This document shows, piece by piece, positions 41,581 to 54,136 of a DNA stretch of 64,000 nt. The notes under the pieces were generated by a model that was given only the letters and a program-made list of their open reading frames with translations, was not told the origin of the DNA and did no database searches. Location: positions 109,926,001-109,990,000 of the forward strand of contig OX597815.1 in the NCBI GenBank assembly GCA_951406725.2, read 5' to 3'. Numbering within the stretch: position 1 is the stretch's first letter; every line of letters begins with the position of its first letter. The stretch comes from Octopus vulgaris. Taxonomy: Eukaryota. A program made the position numbers and the translations under genes.

Positions 41581-41783
41581 ACGAAGCGGTACTGAAAAGT
41601 TCCCGAATTTAAGGGTATCGTGCAGGACTAGTCTTACAGGACTAGGGCTTACAACAACTGAAGGACCGCTGTAATAAATGTGTAAACCTGGGAGGAGAAA
41701 AGCGTTGGATAAAATCATTATTAACTGATCCTCCTATATTTTCTTTTACCCAAAGCCAGGAACTTTTCAGCACCCACCTCGTA
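41581..41783 (+). mobile_element. Mariner-derived MITE
   Basis: TIRs acgaagcggtactgaaaagttcc / ggaacttttcagcacccacctcgta. Internal remnant LQQLKDRCNKCVNLGG resembles a mariner C-terminus. Confidence 0.75.
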
Positions 41784-41810
41784 AATACCCTATCAGACAA
41801 ATTTTTTTTC

Positions 41811-41856
<46 letters not shown>

Positions 41857-42936
41857 GTCTGTCTATCTTTTATCGATCAATCGATCGGTCTAGCTAAACA
41901 TCCATCTCTATTCATCTCTCTTTTACTTGACGCTTTTGCAGTCCTTTGCTTTTAATTCCTATACTATCAGTCTCTTTTAGTATCAATGAATTTCTTAGCC
42001 CTCAATTTCCAAGAATTCTTAATTCACCAATTCTACATCTCACAGTATCCCTTTTCTTTATCTTTCTTTAAATCCCTATCACTTAACCTCTCTCCTTCTT
42101 ACTGTCTATATTTTTGCTGTTTCCCATCTTTCTCTTTCTCTCACGCACGTGCTCCCCCCTCTCTCTCTCTCACGTTCTTGCTCTCTCTCTCTCTCTCTCT
42201 CACTCACTCACTCTCACGCTTTTGCTCTCTCTTTCGCTTAATTTTCGCACTTCCTTTATTCTTCCCCGTATGCTTTCACTCTCCGCGCTCTATTATTTCT
42301 CCCACTTCTTTCCGCTTCTCTTTCTCTCGGTCTCCCTTCGCTCTACTTTTGGCTGTTTATCATTTCAGTGATAATCGCTAGGTCTCAGGTGTGGGGCTGC
42401 ATTTCTTGTGACAGCTCAGCTAATATGATAACAGGCCATATTCATATAATCACTTGGCAGAAACATCCTACGTTTAATTAGGAGTGTTTTCCAATGTCCC
42501 CTTTTATGGTTATGTCCAAAATTTTAAAGACATTAATTCGTTGTGCACTTTCAAACATCAAAAATAATGAATAATGTAGAATCTACGCAGGCAAATCACA
42601 TGCATGCAAATATACAGACGCGCGCGCAAATATGCGCACACAAAAGCACACACGTCGCAATCAAAAATACATAGCGCTCATATGTATGTAAATATGTTAG
42701 TGCATCTTTGTATGTAGATAAATACATACATACATGTATGTAGTTATTTACACACACACACACACATATACACGTAGTATATGCGCGAGTGTGTTCATGT
42801 TACTTGGCAAAAAAGCATAAAAGTGACTCAAAACAGGAAGCATGGCAGTCAACAAGCCTTCCTCGAAACTCTCAGCCTTTGAGTCACTTTGGGCTTATTG
42901 GCGTACACACGCATGTACACACATAAAATGTATATA

Positions 42937-42971
<35 letters not shown>

Positions 42972-43298
42972 ATTAATATTATCAAAGGGTAGTCTGAAAT
43001 ATTAGAAATTTCCATTACCAGTGGCCTAGCGTGTAAAAATATACACGGGGCATATACTGGATTGCCTCGTGTATATATATTTAATCTAAGGTGTACCTGC
43101 TGAAGAAGGCTTCGCCTAGCAAATTATTTTATTTGCTAAATAAAAGTCTGAAACCATTGGTCCAGGAGTTAGATGGTAAATGTTTTTATTTTTCATTCGC
43201 TTCGAATTTTTATCCCTAATAGTGGTTTGGAATTTAACTGTCCTCTCTAGCGTGCAGATAGTCCTGTGATGGATACCTCTTATGTGTTTAAATGTACA

Positions 43299-43301
<3 letters not shown>
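42972..43301 (+). mobile_element. ~330-bp hammerhead-containing element inserted in (TA)n
   Basis: Non-repetitive sequence bounded by (TA)n on both sides, with an internal hairpin (43039-43076) and a hammerhead. Confidence 0.7.
43096..43166 (+). ncRNA. Type I hammerhead ribozyme
   Basis: CCTG-CTGAAGA-AGGCTT..TAGCAAAT/ATTTGCTA..AAGTCT-GAAA-CCATTGG-TC-CAGG. Predicted cleavage after GUC at 43162. Confidence 0.8.
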
Positions 43302-43367
<66 letters not shown>

Positions 43368-43374
43368 ATTTTAC

Positions 43375-43620
43375 TTTTTTCTGTCATTAAACTGCGTCTA
43401 TGCTGGGGGAACTGTACGCCTTGACAAATTTTTAGTTGAGCGAATGTAACCCAATTCTTTTTTTTTTTTTATGTCGATTGCTCTTTGCCAAACTGGTACA
43501 TCACGCGGATGTAAACACACCAATAACGGTTGTCCAGCACGGTGGAGGGACAAACACAGATACAAAGACATACAGACACACACACACACATACACATCAC
43601 ACACACATACACACACATTC
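43375..43620 (-). mobile_element. SINE family A, 3' half, diverged
   Basis: gatgtaaacacaccaataacggttgtccagc...ggacaaacacagatacaaagac. Confidence 0.65.
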
Positions 43621-44019
43621 TATGAGTTTAGAAACTTCGAAGGAATGTAAATTAATTTGTTTAGATAGAAAAATGTTGACGGCTACACCTGGGCTTTTTC
43701 TATCCAAAGGAATTATAACTCAATAGTTAACGCTATTATTTAGGATTTCGTCTGCTTCGTGTTTCACCGTTTTCATAGAGAATTATGTATTTATGCGCGT
43801 GTATATATACATACGCACAAATCCATCCCTCTCTCCATCCATCCATCCATCCATACATACATACATACATACATACATATACACATGCAACGTCTTTTAA
43901 CCACTAAGTGCCGAAATGCTTTCCTTGACCAAGCTTGCCTACATAAGGCTGATAACATCATAAGAATTGGAAGGCAGTTTCTTGAGCAACATTCCTTGTC
44001 TGATAACCTTTAATACATG

Positions 44020-44690
44020 CCCAAAGAAGACAACCGATGCAGACTTTGTGGAGTTATCACCGAACATATCACCTAGATCACAAGTAGTTGTCCAGAAATG
44101 TCATCACAGCATTATTTACCGATGAGACAAGATGTAGTTAGGACACTCTATAAAGAAATCCGTCCGAAGGATAAGCCCGGGGACAAAGAAATAAGGATCT
44201 AGTCATGATAAAAAGGAGTACTGGTGGAATGTCCCAGTAAAACCTCAATAAAATGTAAGTTCAACAGACCTGATATGATTTGGGATAAAGAAAAACTGTA
44301 CAGTTATGGAAATCAGCTGCCCAATGGATGTTAACATAAAGCTAAAGATCAGTGAAAAAGAGAATACATTCGCTGAACTATTGAGAAATCAGTAGTTACT
44401 CTATCCAGATTACAATTTCAGGTTTATACCTGTAATTAATGGGGCCTTAGGATATGTGTAACATACTGCCTAAATACCAATCTTGAGGAATTGGGCTTCC
44501 GAAAAGCAGAAAGGAGAAAGCCAATTGGAAGACTACAGATCTAATCCATCACTGGTACTATAAAAATTTGTAAAACTTTTCAGAAGTTTATCATTTAAGT
44601 ATATGTGAGCATGTATAGATATGTAAGTATAGGCTTGAGAATAGATACATAAAACAAAACATGCAAATCTGTACGCATACATGCATGCAT
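44020..44690 (+). mobile_element. Decayed REL LINE 3' fragment (third family)
   Basis: DNRCRLCGVITEHIT*ITSSC...PMR, YWWNVPV, NRPD, EISCPMDVNI, FIPVINGALGYV; tail into (CATA)n-like sequence. Confidence 0.75.
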
Positions 44691-44814
44691 ACATAGGATA
44701 TGTGTAACATACTGCCTAAATACCAATCTTGAGGAATTGGGCTTCCGAAAAGCAGAAAGGAAAAAGCCAATTGGAAGGCTACAGATCTAATCCATCACTG
44801 GTACTATATATTTA

Positions 44815-45635
44815 TATATGTTGCGATGGGTAAATTGTCGCCATTTAATACTTTTAATTTTCCGTATGTGCATTGTTTGTTTTTGATGTTGTCGACTACA
44901 CAGTGCTGTAGGGTTAGTTGGGCACTGTCTGTGAGAAAAACAGCACCATGACGCAATTCACACTTCTAGAAATTTGGAAACGACATGATGTACTGTTCCG
45001 CAAGCTCCAGTAAGATTATTTCAGAGTGTTTGGGTGTCAGTCTGTGGACAGTGCTATCTGAGGACATGTACCAAGAGTGAAATCAAACATCCAGTCAACA
45101 TCATAGTGTTTGAAGGGATCACTAGTGATGGCGACGTTATGCTTCCATTCATATTTCCACTCAACATTACATTCAACAAGGAGGCTTACATCAAGTGCTG
45201 GAGGAGTTAGCGCTGGCCTTGGAAGACTCCATGTCTGGCAACAGAACTCTGCTCCATGCCACACAAACAGAACCCCGTCATGTCTATCAGACAATTTCTG
45301 CGACTACATAACACCTAACATCTGGCCACGCAAGTACCCAGACTGCAAACCTCTTGAGTATTAGGTGTGGGGCGCAGTTGAGCGAGAGACCAACAAAACG
45401 CCTTGTAATACCAAAGATGTACTGAAGGCAGGATTATGGCAGCATTCACCAACTTAAACAAGGAGACGATCCAGAAGAGTTGCAGGAGATTCTGAAGTCG
45501 TCTGAAGGTAATGGCTATTTTATTGAATAAATTTTCTCTTTAGTATTTCAAGATTTTTTATGTAATTTTGGTATACATATCTGCTAAAATGAGAAAATGT
45601 CATTTTCATTTAGACGCCAATTTATTCGCCGCACC

Positions 45636-45640
<5 letters not shown>
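44815..45640 (+). mobile_element. Internally deleted Tc1/mariner element (maT/DD37D-like)
   Basis: Degenerate TIRs (tgcgatgggtaaattgtcgcc / gacgccaatttattcgccgcacc). Relic VWQQNSAPCHT...IWPRKYPDCKPLEY*VWGAVE. Confidence 0.75.
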
Positions 45641-45671
<31 letters not shown>

Positions 45672-45901
45672 TCAGTAAAAAGTCGTCAGAATTTTTGAAA
45701 AAAATCTTTTTATTTCTTCATTATTATTACCGCTTTCGTTCGAACATGTCAAATACAATTTTGTGAATGTACAAACAGCTTATATAAAATAGATGTTTTT
45801 TCTTAGGGTGGGGTTGTTTAGAAGAGAACATAGTTTTTGTTTATTTGGGTGAGGTTCCATGACAATAGAGATAGATAGAAATATAGGTAGGTAGATAGGC
45901 T

Positions 45902-46091
<190 letters not shown>

Positions 46092-46599
46092 TCATAGTGA
46101 TAGACAGATAGGTAAGGTAGAGCTGAAGAGGAGTATCCCCCTTCCTATTCACCATTTATTTATTTAGTCCTTTACCCATTGTATTGGAATGCGTTTAAGG
46201 ATGGTGACCGCTTCAAAAAAAAAAAAAAGAGAAAAAAAAAACAGGTGCGGTTTGGTCATCGCTGAAAGTTATTTTGCTTTCTTTCTCTCTTCCCCTTTCC
46301 TTCTTTATTCCTCTTTCCTTTTCTTCTCTTTGAGTTATGTTTAGAATACAGAATGTACTGCCTCCTCTGCCAAGCATTCAATTTTCGAGGGAATTTTTAC
46401 GTGAAATGTAATTCTGCATGAAAAAAACATTAGTATAATATAATGAGGCGAGATGGTGGAATTGTTTCTGCGCCGGACAAAATGCTTATCGGCATTTCGT
46501 CTTTCATTTTAAGGGAATTTGAATGCAAACAGATGGAACAGTTACCGCGGAGTTTGAGATCGACTTTCACATACGGGCTGGAGAATAAAAAAATATATA

Positions 46600-46718
46600 T
46601 GCTTACTTCTCAACCACAACGTCCTAGGTTCAACCCTACTGCGTGGCACCTTGTGCAAGTGTCTTCTACTATAGCCTTGTCCGACCAATTCCTTGTGAGT
46701 GGATTTAGTAGACGGAAG
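46600..46718 (+). mobile_element. SINE family A, 5' part
   Basis: ggttcaaccctactgcgtggcaccttgtgcaagtgtcttctactatagcc...gtagacggaa. Confidence 0.8.
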
Positions 46719-46726
46719 CGCTCGTA

Positions 46727-46841
46727 GAAGAGCGTAGGCTCGAAACGTAAAAGACTTTTTCTATTCCTGAGCGTTATACCAATACATCTGTTTGTTTTGT
46801 ACACCACCTGTCTTCGTCTTTTGTTTTTTTTCGTAAACTCT

Positions 46842-46844
<3 letters not shown>
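46727..46844 (+). mobile_element. PLE 3' terminus with partial hammerhead, tail-to-tail with the long PLE
   Basis: gaagagcgtaggctcgaaacgtaaaaga...cgtaaactctccc followed by (TA)n. Confidence 0.8.
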
Positions 46845-46895
<51 letters not shown>

Positions 46896-46991
46896 GGGAA
46901 GCTTTATGAAAATAGACAAAAGACGAAGGCAGGTGGAAAACAAACAAACAATTGTATTAGTATGGCGCTCAGGAAATATAAATAAAACAAG

Positions 46992-47029
46992 TCTTTAACG
47001 TTTCGAGCCTACGCTCTTCAACAGAAAGA
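46992..47029 (-). ncRNA. Minimal hammerhead-like motif with A6U core
   Basis: TCTTT-CTGTTGA-A-GAGC-GTAG-GCTC-GAAA-CG-TT-AAAGA. Confidence 0.65.
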
Positions 47030-47899
47030 TACACAGAGAGAAAAAACACAGAAAGAAGGAGAGAAAAAAATGCGTGCAGTAACTAACGAATCAACATGGC
47101 GATCTGATTTCGGCCAGAGGTCAAAGATCAAACATGAGACGCGAGAGCGAAATAAGGGGAGATAATAGGGTTGATAATAGGGTTGAATGACCAGCTATTA
47201 GTGCGTAGGAGGGGTCTGGACGTGTGTATGTATTTGGTTGATGTATGTATTAGTATGTATTAGTATGTATAAGGGTGTGTGTGTGTGTGTGTGTATGAGA
47301 GAGTATTAGTGCGTAGGATAGGTCTGGACGTGCGTATGTATGGGGTTGGTGTATGTATTAGTATGTATTAGTACGTATTAGTATGTATAAGTGTGTGTGT
47401 GTGTGTATGAGAGAGTATAAGTGCGTATGAGGGTCGGGACGTGTGTATGTATAGGGTTGGTGTATGTATTAGTATGTATTAGTATGTATTAGTACGTATT
47501 AGTATGTATTAGTTGGTGTATGTATTAGTATGGCACATCATATATGATGTGATGTGTAAAGTCGTGTGGTGTAGTGAGGAGAAGAGGGTGAGGGGGAGAA
47601 GAGGGGGGAAGAAGGGGAGGGGAAGAAGAGGGGGAAGAGGAGAGGGGGAAGAGGAGAGGAGGGGGGAGAGAGAGGAGGGGGAGAAGGAAGGGGAGGAGGA
47701 GGGGGAGGAAGGATGAAAGAGGGAGAGGGTGAGAGAGAAGGGGAGTGAGGGAGCAGGGGAAGGGGAAGAGGGAAGGAGGGAGGGAGAAAGAGGGAAGAAG
47801 GGAAGGGGAGTAGGGGTGAAAGGATGAAGGACTGAAGAAGTAGGGGTCGGGGGGAAGGATAGGTGAGGAGGGGGATAGGGGGTTAGATGAGGAGGGGGA

Positions 47900-49198
47900 G
47901 AGTTGAGACCAAATGGCGTATAAGAGCGAAGAGAGAAGATTAATTCCTGTTCACGGCGCAAACGGGAATCCGGATGGCCTCTGTGTAAGGACAAACCGAA
48001 CACAGATAGGTGTTACAAGGAGTGACCGGTGGAGCGGAAATGGCGTGAGACCGGTGTGTCGTTCGCAAGGTGGATGTCACGAAGGTGTTCCGCGAACCGG
48101 TCAGCCAAACGGCGTCCCGTTTGTCCGATGTACAAGGAATTGCAGAGAGAGTAAGAGACGCAATAGATAATATTGCTGGAGGTGCAGGTGAAGGAGTGGT
48201 GGATGGGATAGGGTCGATGGTGGGTGCTAGTGAGGCGGGTGGTGTTGGAGAGGTAAGGGCAAGTGCGGCAGCGTGGGCGGGAGCAGGGGAACGAGCCGGG
48301 TTGGGAGGTAGGGTCAGGGAAGGAGCTATGGACCAAAAGGTCTCGAAGGTTGTGGGCTCGTTTGAAAGAGGGGAGGGGTCGGTTAGGGAAGAGGTGTGAA
48401 GTGGACGGGTCGGACTGGAGATGACGGAAAGCTCGAAGAATGGTGCGTTGGAGACGTAGGGTCGTGGGGTGGTAAGTGAGGGGAAAAGGGAGGCGGGAGA
48501 CTACAGGGCGGGTTCGGGGAGAGAGAGCAGATACACGGTCCACGGACCGTGCTCTGGCAAGGGCGGTGTGGATAGTGGTGAGGGGGTATCCACGTAGGGT
48601 GAAGTGGTGAGCCATACGTTGAGACTGAGTCTCAAAGTCATGGTCGTCACTACAGAGCCTACGTAGACGGAGGAATTGGGAATAGGGGATGGAAAGCTTG
48701 GTGTGTTCTGGGTGGGAGGAAGAGAAGTTGAGGTATGACTGTGAGTCTGTGTGTTTGTAGTGAATGGAGGTGGTAAGAGTGGAGTGAAGAATGCTAACCG
48801 AAATGTCGAGGAAGGAGACAGAGGTGTTGGAGATAGTGGAAGTGAAGTGGAGGGCTGGATGGAAAGATTGGACGAAAGAGAGGAAGGAATCTAGATGTTC
48901 ACGGGAGAGTGAGGTGGCACCGATAATGTCATCAATGTAACGACCGTATAGTTCAGGAGTGGGACCAGTGAAATTAGAGAATATTTGGGCCTCAACATAG
49001 CCAACGAACAGGTTCGTATAGTTGGGGCCCATTCGCGTTCCCATGGCCACTCCCGAGACCTGATGGTAGAACTCGCCCGCGAACGAGAAGCAGTTCAGAG
49101 TAAGGACAAGTTCGGCCAGACGAATGAGTGTGGAGGTGTCAGGTACAGGGTTAGAGCGGAGGTCAAGAAAGTGTCGAAGGGCCTGCAGTCCTTCGTGT
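47900..49198 (-). pseudogene. PLE reverse transcriptase plus GIY-YIG endonuclease, 5'-truncated, one in-frame TAA at 48013-48015
   Basis: QVSGVAMG, YGRYIDD, FLDI, SSHP, RGYP, Cys linker CSRPRCRTC, NIIY..LYIGQT, RFAEH, HF...GH. The frame continues past the stop to RREQELIFSLRSYTPFGLN. Confidence 0.93.
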
Positions 49199-49412
49199 GT
49201 TTCTATGTCTGTGTTTGTTTCCCCCCCATCATCGCTTGACAACTGATGTTGGTGTGTTTAGGTCCCCGTAACATAGTAGTTCGGCAAAAGAAAACGATAG
49301 GATATGTAGTAGGCTTACAAAGAATAAGTCCTGGGGTCCGATTTGCTCGACTAAAAGCGGTGCTCCAGCATGGCTGCATTCAAATGACTGAAACAAGTGA
49401 AAGAATATAAAG
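49199..49412 (+). mobile_element. SINE family A, 3' half
   Basis: cgcttgacaactgatgttggtgtgttta...gcggtgctccagcatggctgc...gactgaaacaagtgaaaga. Confidence 0.85.
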
Positions 49413-49498
49413 ATAGATGAGCAGATATACATAGATGCTCACATATATTTATGCATGCATACATGTGTGTGTGTGTGTGTGTATGTACATAAATACAT

Positions 49499-49848
<350 letters not shown>

Positions 49849-49915
49849 ATCTATATATATGTATGTTGTTCAGGGGGAGGGAGTGAGGAGAGAGAGGGAG
49901 AGAGAGTGAGTGAGT

Positions 49916-49951
<36 letters not shown>

Positions 49952-50134
49952 GAGCATTATATTTTTAAATGAATATGAAATCAATTTTGCGCTAAGGATC
50001 GTTTTGGTATTGCAGTTGTAGCGTCATTTATTGTGCAACCTCTATTCTCTTTCGTCTGCTGTCATGAATATCTCTTCAATCTTATGGCTACTTAGTCATG
50101 CATGACATTACAAATAGGTACACACACACACACA

Positions 50135-50180
<46 letters not shown>

Positions 50181-50673
50181 TAGAAGGATGCATTCAAGGA
50201 TGAACGCATGCGTGCGCATAGAGGGAGTGGGAAGACATGTTTGTACAAATTGATCAATGCACCGCTTCCGACGTAGTCTATATAGAGTGGTCAATTAGCG
50301 ACAACGAATGTGCATTTGACCTTCTGTTTTATTTCATCTGTATATTTATGTTCCCGTTTTCACATCTTTTGTGTACTTTGTAGTTGTTTTTGTTGTTGCT
50401 GCTGTCGTCGTTGTTGTTGTTGTTGGTGGTGGTGGTGGTGGTGGTGGTGATGGCGTGCAGTATACTCTTGGTGACATTACGCCAGTAAAAACCTCAGTTC
50501 CGAGTTCAGCATTTGACTGACATTCTCCTCCCAAAACGAAAGTCGTATAAGACGAGAAACACACACAAATACATACGTACACCACACATGTACGCACCCA
50601 TGCAAATATATATGCACACACACACATGGGTACGCACTTCTATATATATATATATATATATGCTTATACATAA

Positions 50674-50708
<35 letters not shown>

Positions 50709-50733
50709 GTATCGTTTATACATACATACGTAC

Positions 50734-50794
<61 letters not shown>

Positions 50795-50894
50795 ATGCGT
50801 GTATATGTGTATATATATATGTATATGTATATGTAATCACACGCTCACGGTACCATACATCCATTCAGACATACATTCCTATGTATGTTACCAC

Positions 50895-50968
<74 letters not shown>

Positions 50969-51016
50969 TTATCTATTTATCTGTCTGTCTGTCTATCTAC
51001 CTACTTACCTACCTAC

Positions 51017-51098
<82 letters not shown>

Positions 51099-51674
51099 GC
51101 CTGCCTGTCTGTCTGCCTGTCTGTCTGTCTGTCTATCTATCTATCATGTACATACATACATACATACATACATACATACATACATACATACATACATACA
51201 TACATACATACATACATACATACTATGTATACACAGACATGTGTTCACACACGTACACACAGTAGCACGTAAATGCATAACAGAGGTAGACAGAAGAGGG
51301 CGAAAAATATGATGTGGCAGTAATTATGTCGAGGGTTTCGAGGCGGGTGGCGTTGGTTGGCTGTTGCTCTGCGGCCTGCGGGTGCGTTGTCGCCGTCACC
51401 CTGCAAATATCGAAGTGAAATGATACAAATTAAATCAACTGAACCACACTCAAGTGTCTATAACAACCTCTAATGGGCTCTTCTCGACGGTCTATGGAAA
51501 AAAGAAACTTGGCGGAAATGCCAATTTACAAGGTATTGGAAATAATGAAATAACTGCGTTCCGTTTAGACTGCAAAATGTCGAGAATTGACTGCAATTCA
51601 CACCTAGTGCAAACGCGCGTGCGCACGCACACTCACACACGCAAACACACACACACATTCACAAATACACCAGA

Positions 51675-51717
<43 letters not shown>

Positions 51718-51842
51718 CTTCCCGTCGCTCTCTACTGTGCAGATGTCCTCGTTCAGCATGATTAAAGCTTTAAGTGCAGACCAAGTGATTCTTTGTTCCA
51801 ATTTGTTTTTCACATCATCATCATCATCATCATCATCATCAC

Positions 51843-51909
<67 letters not shown>

Positions 51910-52955
51910 TCCTTCTCGCTATAATTCTCTCTTACCTTCTTGCAATTTTTTTTTTCTTCTCAATTTTTTTTTTCTGTTCTCTTTTCCGTTTGTTTGTTTT
52001 GTCAATCCCCGCCCTCATCGACAATCGTTTTTTTTAATATATTTTTATACTTCCTCTAATCTTTTTCGGTTTTTCTTCGCTTTTTGTTTCCTCTCTTCAC
52101 TTGATTTGCATCTTCTTTTCTACTTGTATTTTGTTCCTTGACGTTTATTATTACTATTGATTCCTTGAAGGTGATAGTGTGGTATAATTGTTAGAGCACC
52201 AAAATACATACCTTCACTCAATTTAGAGCAATCTTTAAACCTGTGTTCGAATTATACTCCCACCAATAATTTCAACTACGTGTTTCATTCTTCCGGGTTA
52301 CAAAATAAGTACCAATCGCATGTAGGGCACGTGTTGTGTTGTCAAGATAAGTATGTGTTGCTAAGATATTCGATTTCAAACGAAGTGCTTACAAGCTCTG
52401 TGTCACTAGACAACACGTCCAAAAATTATTTTATACAATATCCTTGGATTATATAACTGATCAGTGGAATTTGGTCAACTGAATCGGTGCGGATTCACAC
52501 CTGCGCGCATACTATATGTGCATGTATATATGTGTATTTGTTTTATGCTTACATCGGTTTAACAATGGGCGTTGCTTGTGCCATGATCATTTTTGGCATG
52601 TATCAAAAATGGTTCGACAAACTGAGATTGATAAAATAAATACAGGAGCGACATAAGAACTACTTATCGATATGATCGACAACTGTTTCAAAACAATGTG
52701 CCACTTCATTTCATTTGGAGCCCAAATGCAGCTTGGAGATTTAGACAGCATAGGCAATTATGAGAGGAAAATAATTGATTCCAGTTATTGAGTGGTATGT
52801 TATTTATGGAATCCCGAAAGAATGAAAAGCAAAGTTGGAATTGGTGGAGCAAGTAAGAATTACGTTAAGCATGTTACCCGACGCCCAAATGAGTCTGCCC
52901 TTCCCTCTGCTTTGAAGATGTTACTTGGAATTCATTATAATATTCCTTGAAGTTA

Positions 52956-53138
52956 GGGCGGCGAGCTGGCAGAATCGTTAGCAAGTCTTTACGTTCTGAG
53001 ATCAAATTCCGGCGAGGTCGACTTTGCTTTTCATCATTTTCGGGGTCGATATAATAAGTACCAGTTTAAGCACTGGGGTCGAAGTAATAGACTTACCTTT
53101 TCCCTGAAATTGCTGGCTGTATGTCAAAATTTGAAATC
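52956..53138 (+). mobile_element. SINE family B
   Basis: ggcggcgagctggcagaatcgttagc...gtcgactttgcttttcatc...aataagtaccag...cactggggtcga. Confidence 0.9.
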
Positions 53139-53784
53139 GTTATTTATTGAAGTCCCTTCATGTTTCAAATCGAATTTCGCTTTTCTTCCCTTCTTAAATT
53201 AATTATATACTAGGCATCGACGGTGATGTATAACTTCGGTGATATTTCTCCTCAATAACTTTTGGTACTGTGCCAATGTGGAACATTTTCTTCTTTTAAA
53301 CAGAAGCGCCATAAGCTCTCTTTAAATGTTTGTCCATCTTCCAAATGTAGAAATGCTTCTAGATGTAGTGGAAGACAACCGTCAGAGACCGGTATGTTTT
53401 TAACTTATCACAGAAATATATAAAAAAAAAAATTCGCCTTCGGTGGAATTTAGATAAAGACGTAAAGGGATGTAAATTAACTTCACTAGGTATCTACCCG
53501 GGTGTTTTGAAGGCGATGGATTTGCAGAATCGTTAGAGCGTCGAACAAAAAATGCTCTGCGGTAACTGTTCCATCACTTTGCAATCAAATTCCATCAAAA
53601 TGAAATACACTTTCCACTCATTCTTTCGCCATTGAAAACTTGCTGGTCTAGAATGAGAGTGCAAAACCCACCCGAGCGAACCTTGACTTACATACCTTTC
53701 CGGCAAGTTCATTTAGTAAGGCCAATAATCTATTAAGATCAGCTTAATCAATTATACTTCTTAAGAAATTCGCACCAGCTAGAC

Positions 53785-54136
53785 CAAGGGTTCTTAACAG
53801 ATTTTTTTTTATCTATGGACCCTTTGATTACTATTTTCTTCTGGTGGACCCCTAAATCCATTCGATGTTTAAAAACTAGTTTTATAGAAACTTCTTTCAA
53901 AATTCCTAATTTTTATTTCACACATAAATTTATATAGGCTGAAATTTATAAAATGTTAGAAAAAGAAACCTAGCTGTTTCTTGCAATACATACCAATACA
54001 CACATCGAAAGCAAAATTTTTTCTGGGGTTCTTAAAATAATATTGTGAATCCTCAATTTACTATTCTTTTGCATGCCCCCCACCCAATCTTATATGGATC
54101 CTCACAGGCCATTTGGACCTCAGTTGAGAACCAGTG
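53785..54136. mobile_element. hAT (Charlie/Buster-like) MITE
   Basis: TIRs caagggttcttaac / gttgagaaccagtg; perfect 8-bp TSD AGCTAGAC at 53777-53784 and 54137-54144. Confidence 0.88.

Larger units (their letters stand above)
46894..49198 (-). mobile_element. 5'-truncated Penelope-like element, Neptune type
   Basis: RT and GIY-YIG ORF, pyrimidine-rich and tandemly repeated 3' UTR, terminal hammerhead, 3' end in (TA)n. Confidence 0.92.

Noticed and set aside
47198-47520. Three ~110-bp repeats as a possible CRISPR-like array
   Set aside because: Degenerate tandem units in the PLE 3' UTR with no unique spacers, in a eukaryotic context.
48013-48015. In-frame stop as possible selenocysteine recoding, as in some Naiad PLEs
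   Set aside because: The codon is TAA, not TGA; a simple nonsense mutation is more likely.
49199-49242. Apparent N-terminus MSSDDGGETNTDIET of the 409-aa ORF
   Set aside because: It is antisense SINE sequence with a non-ATG start. The RT is truncated here and lacks its N-terminal motifs, so this is not a fusion gene.
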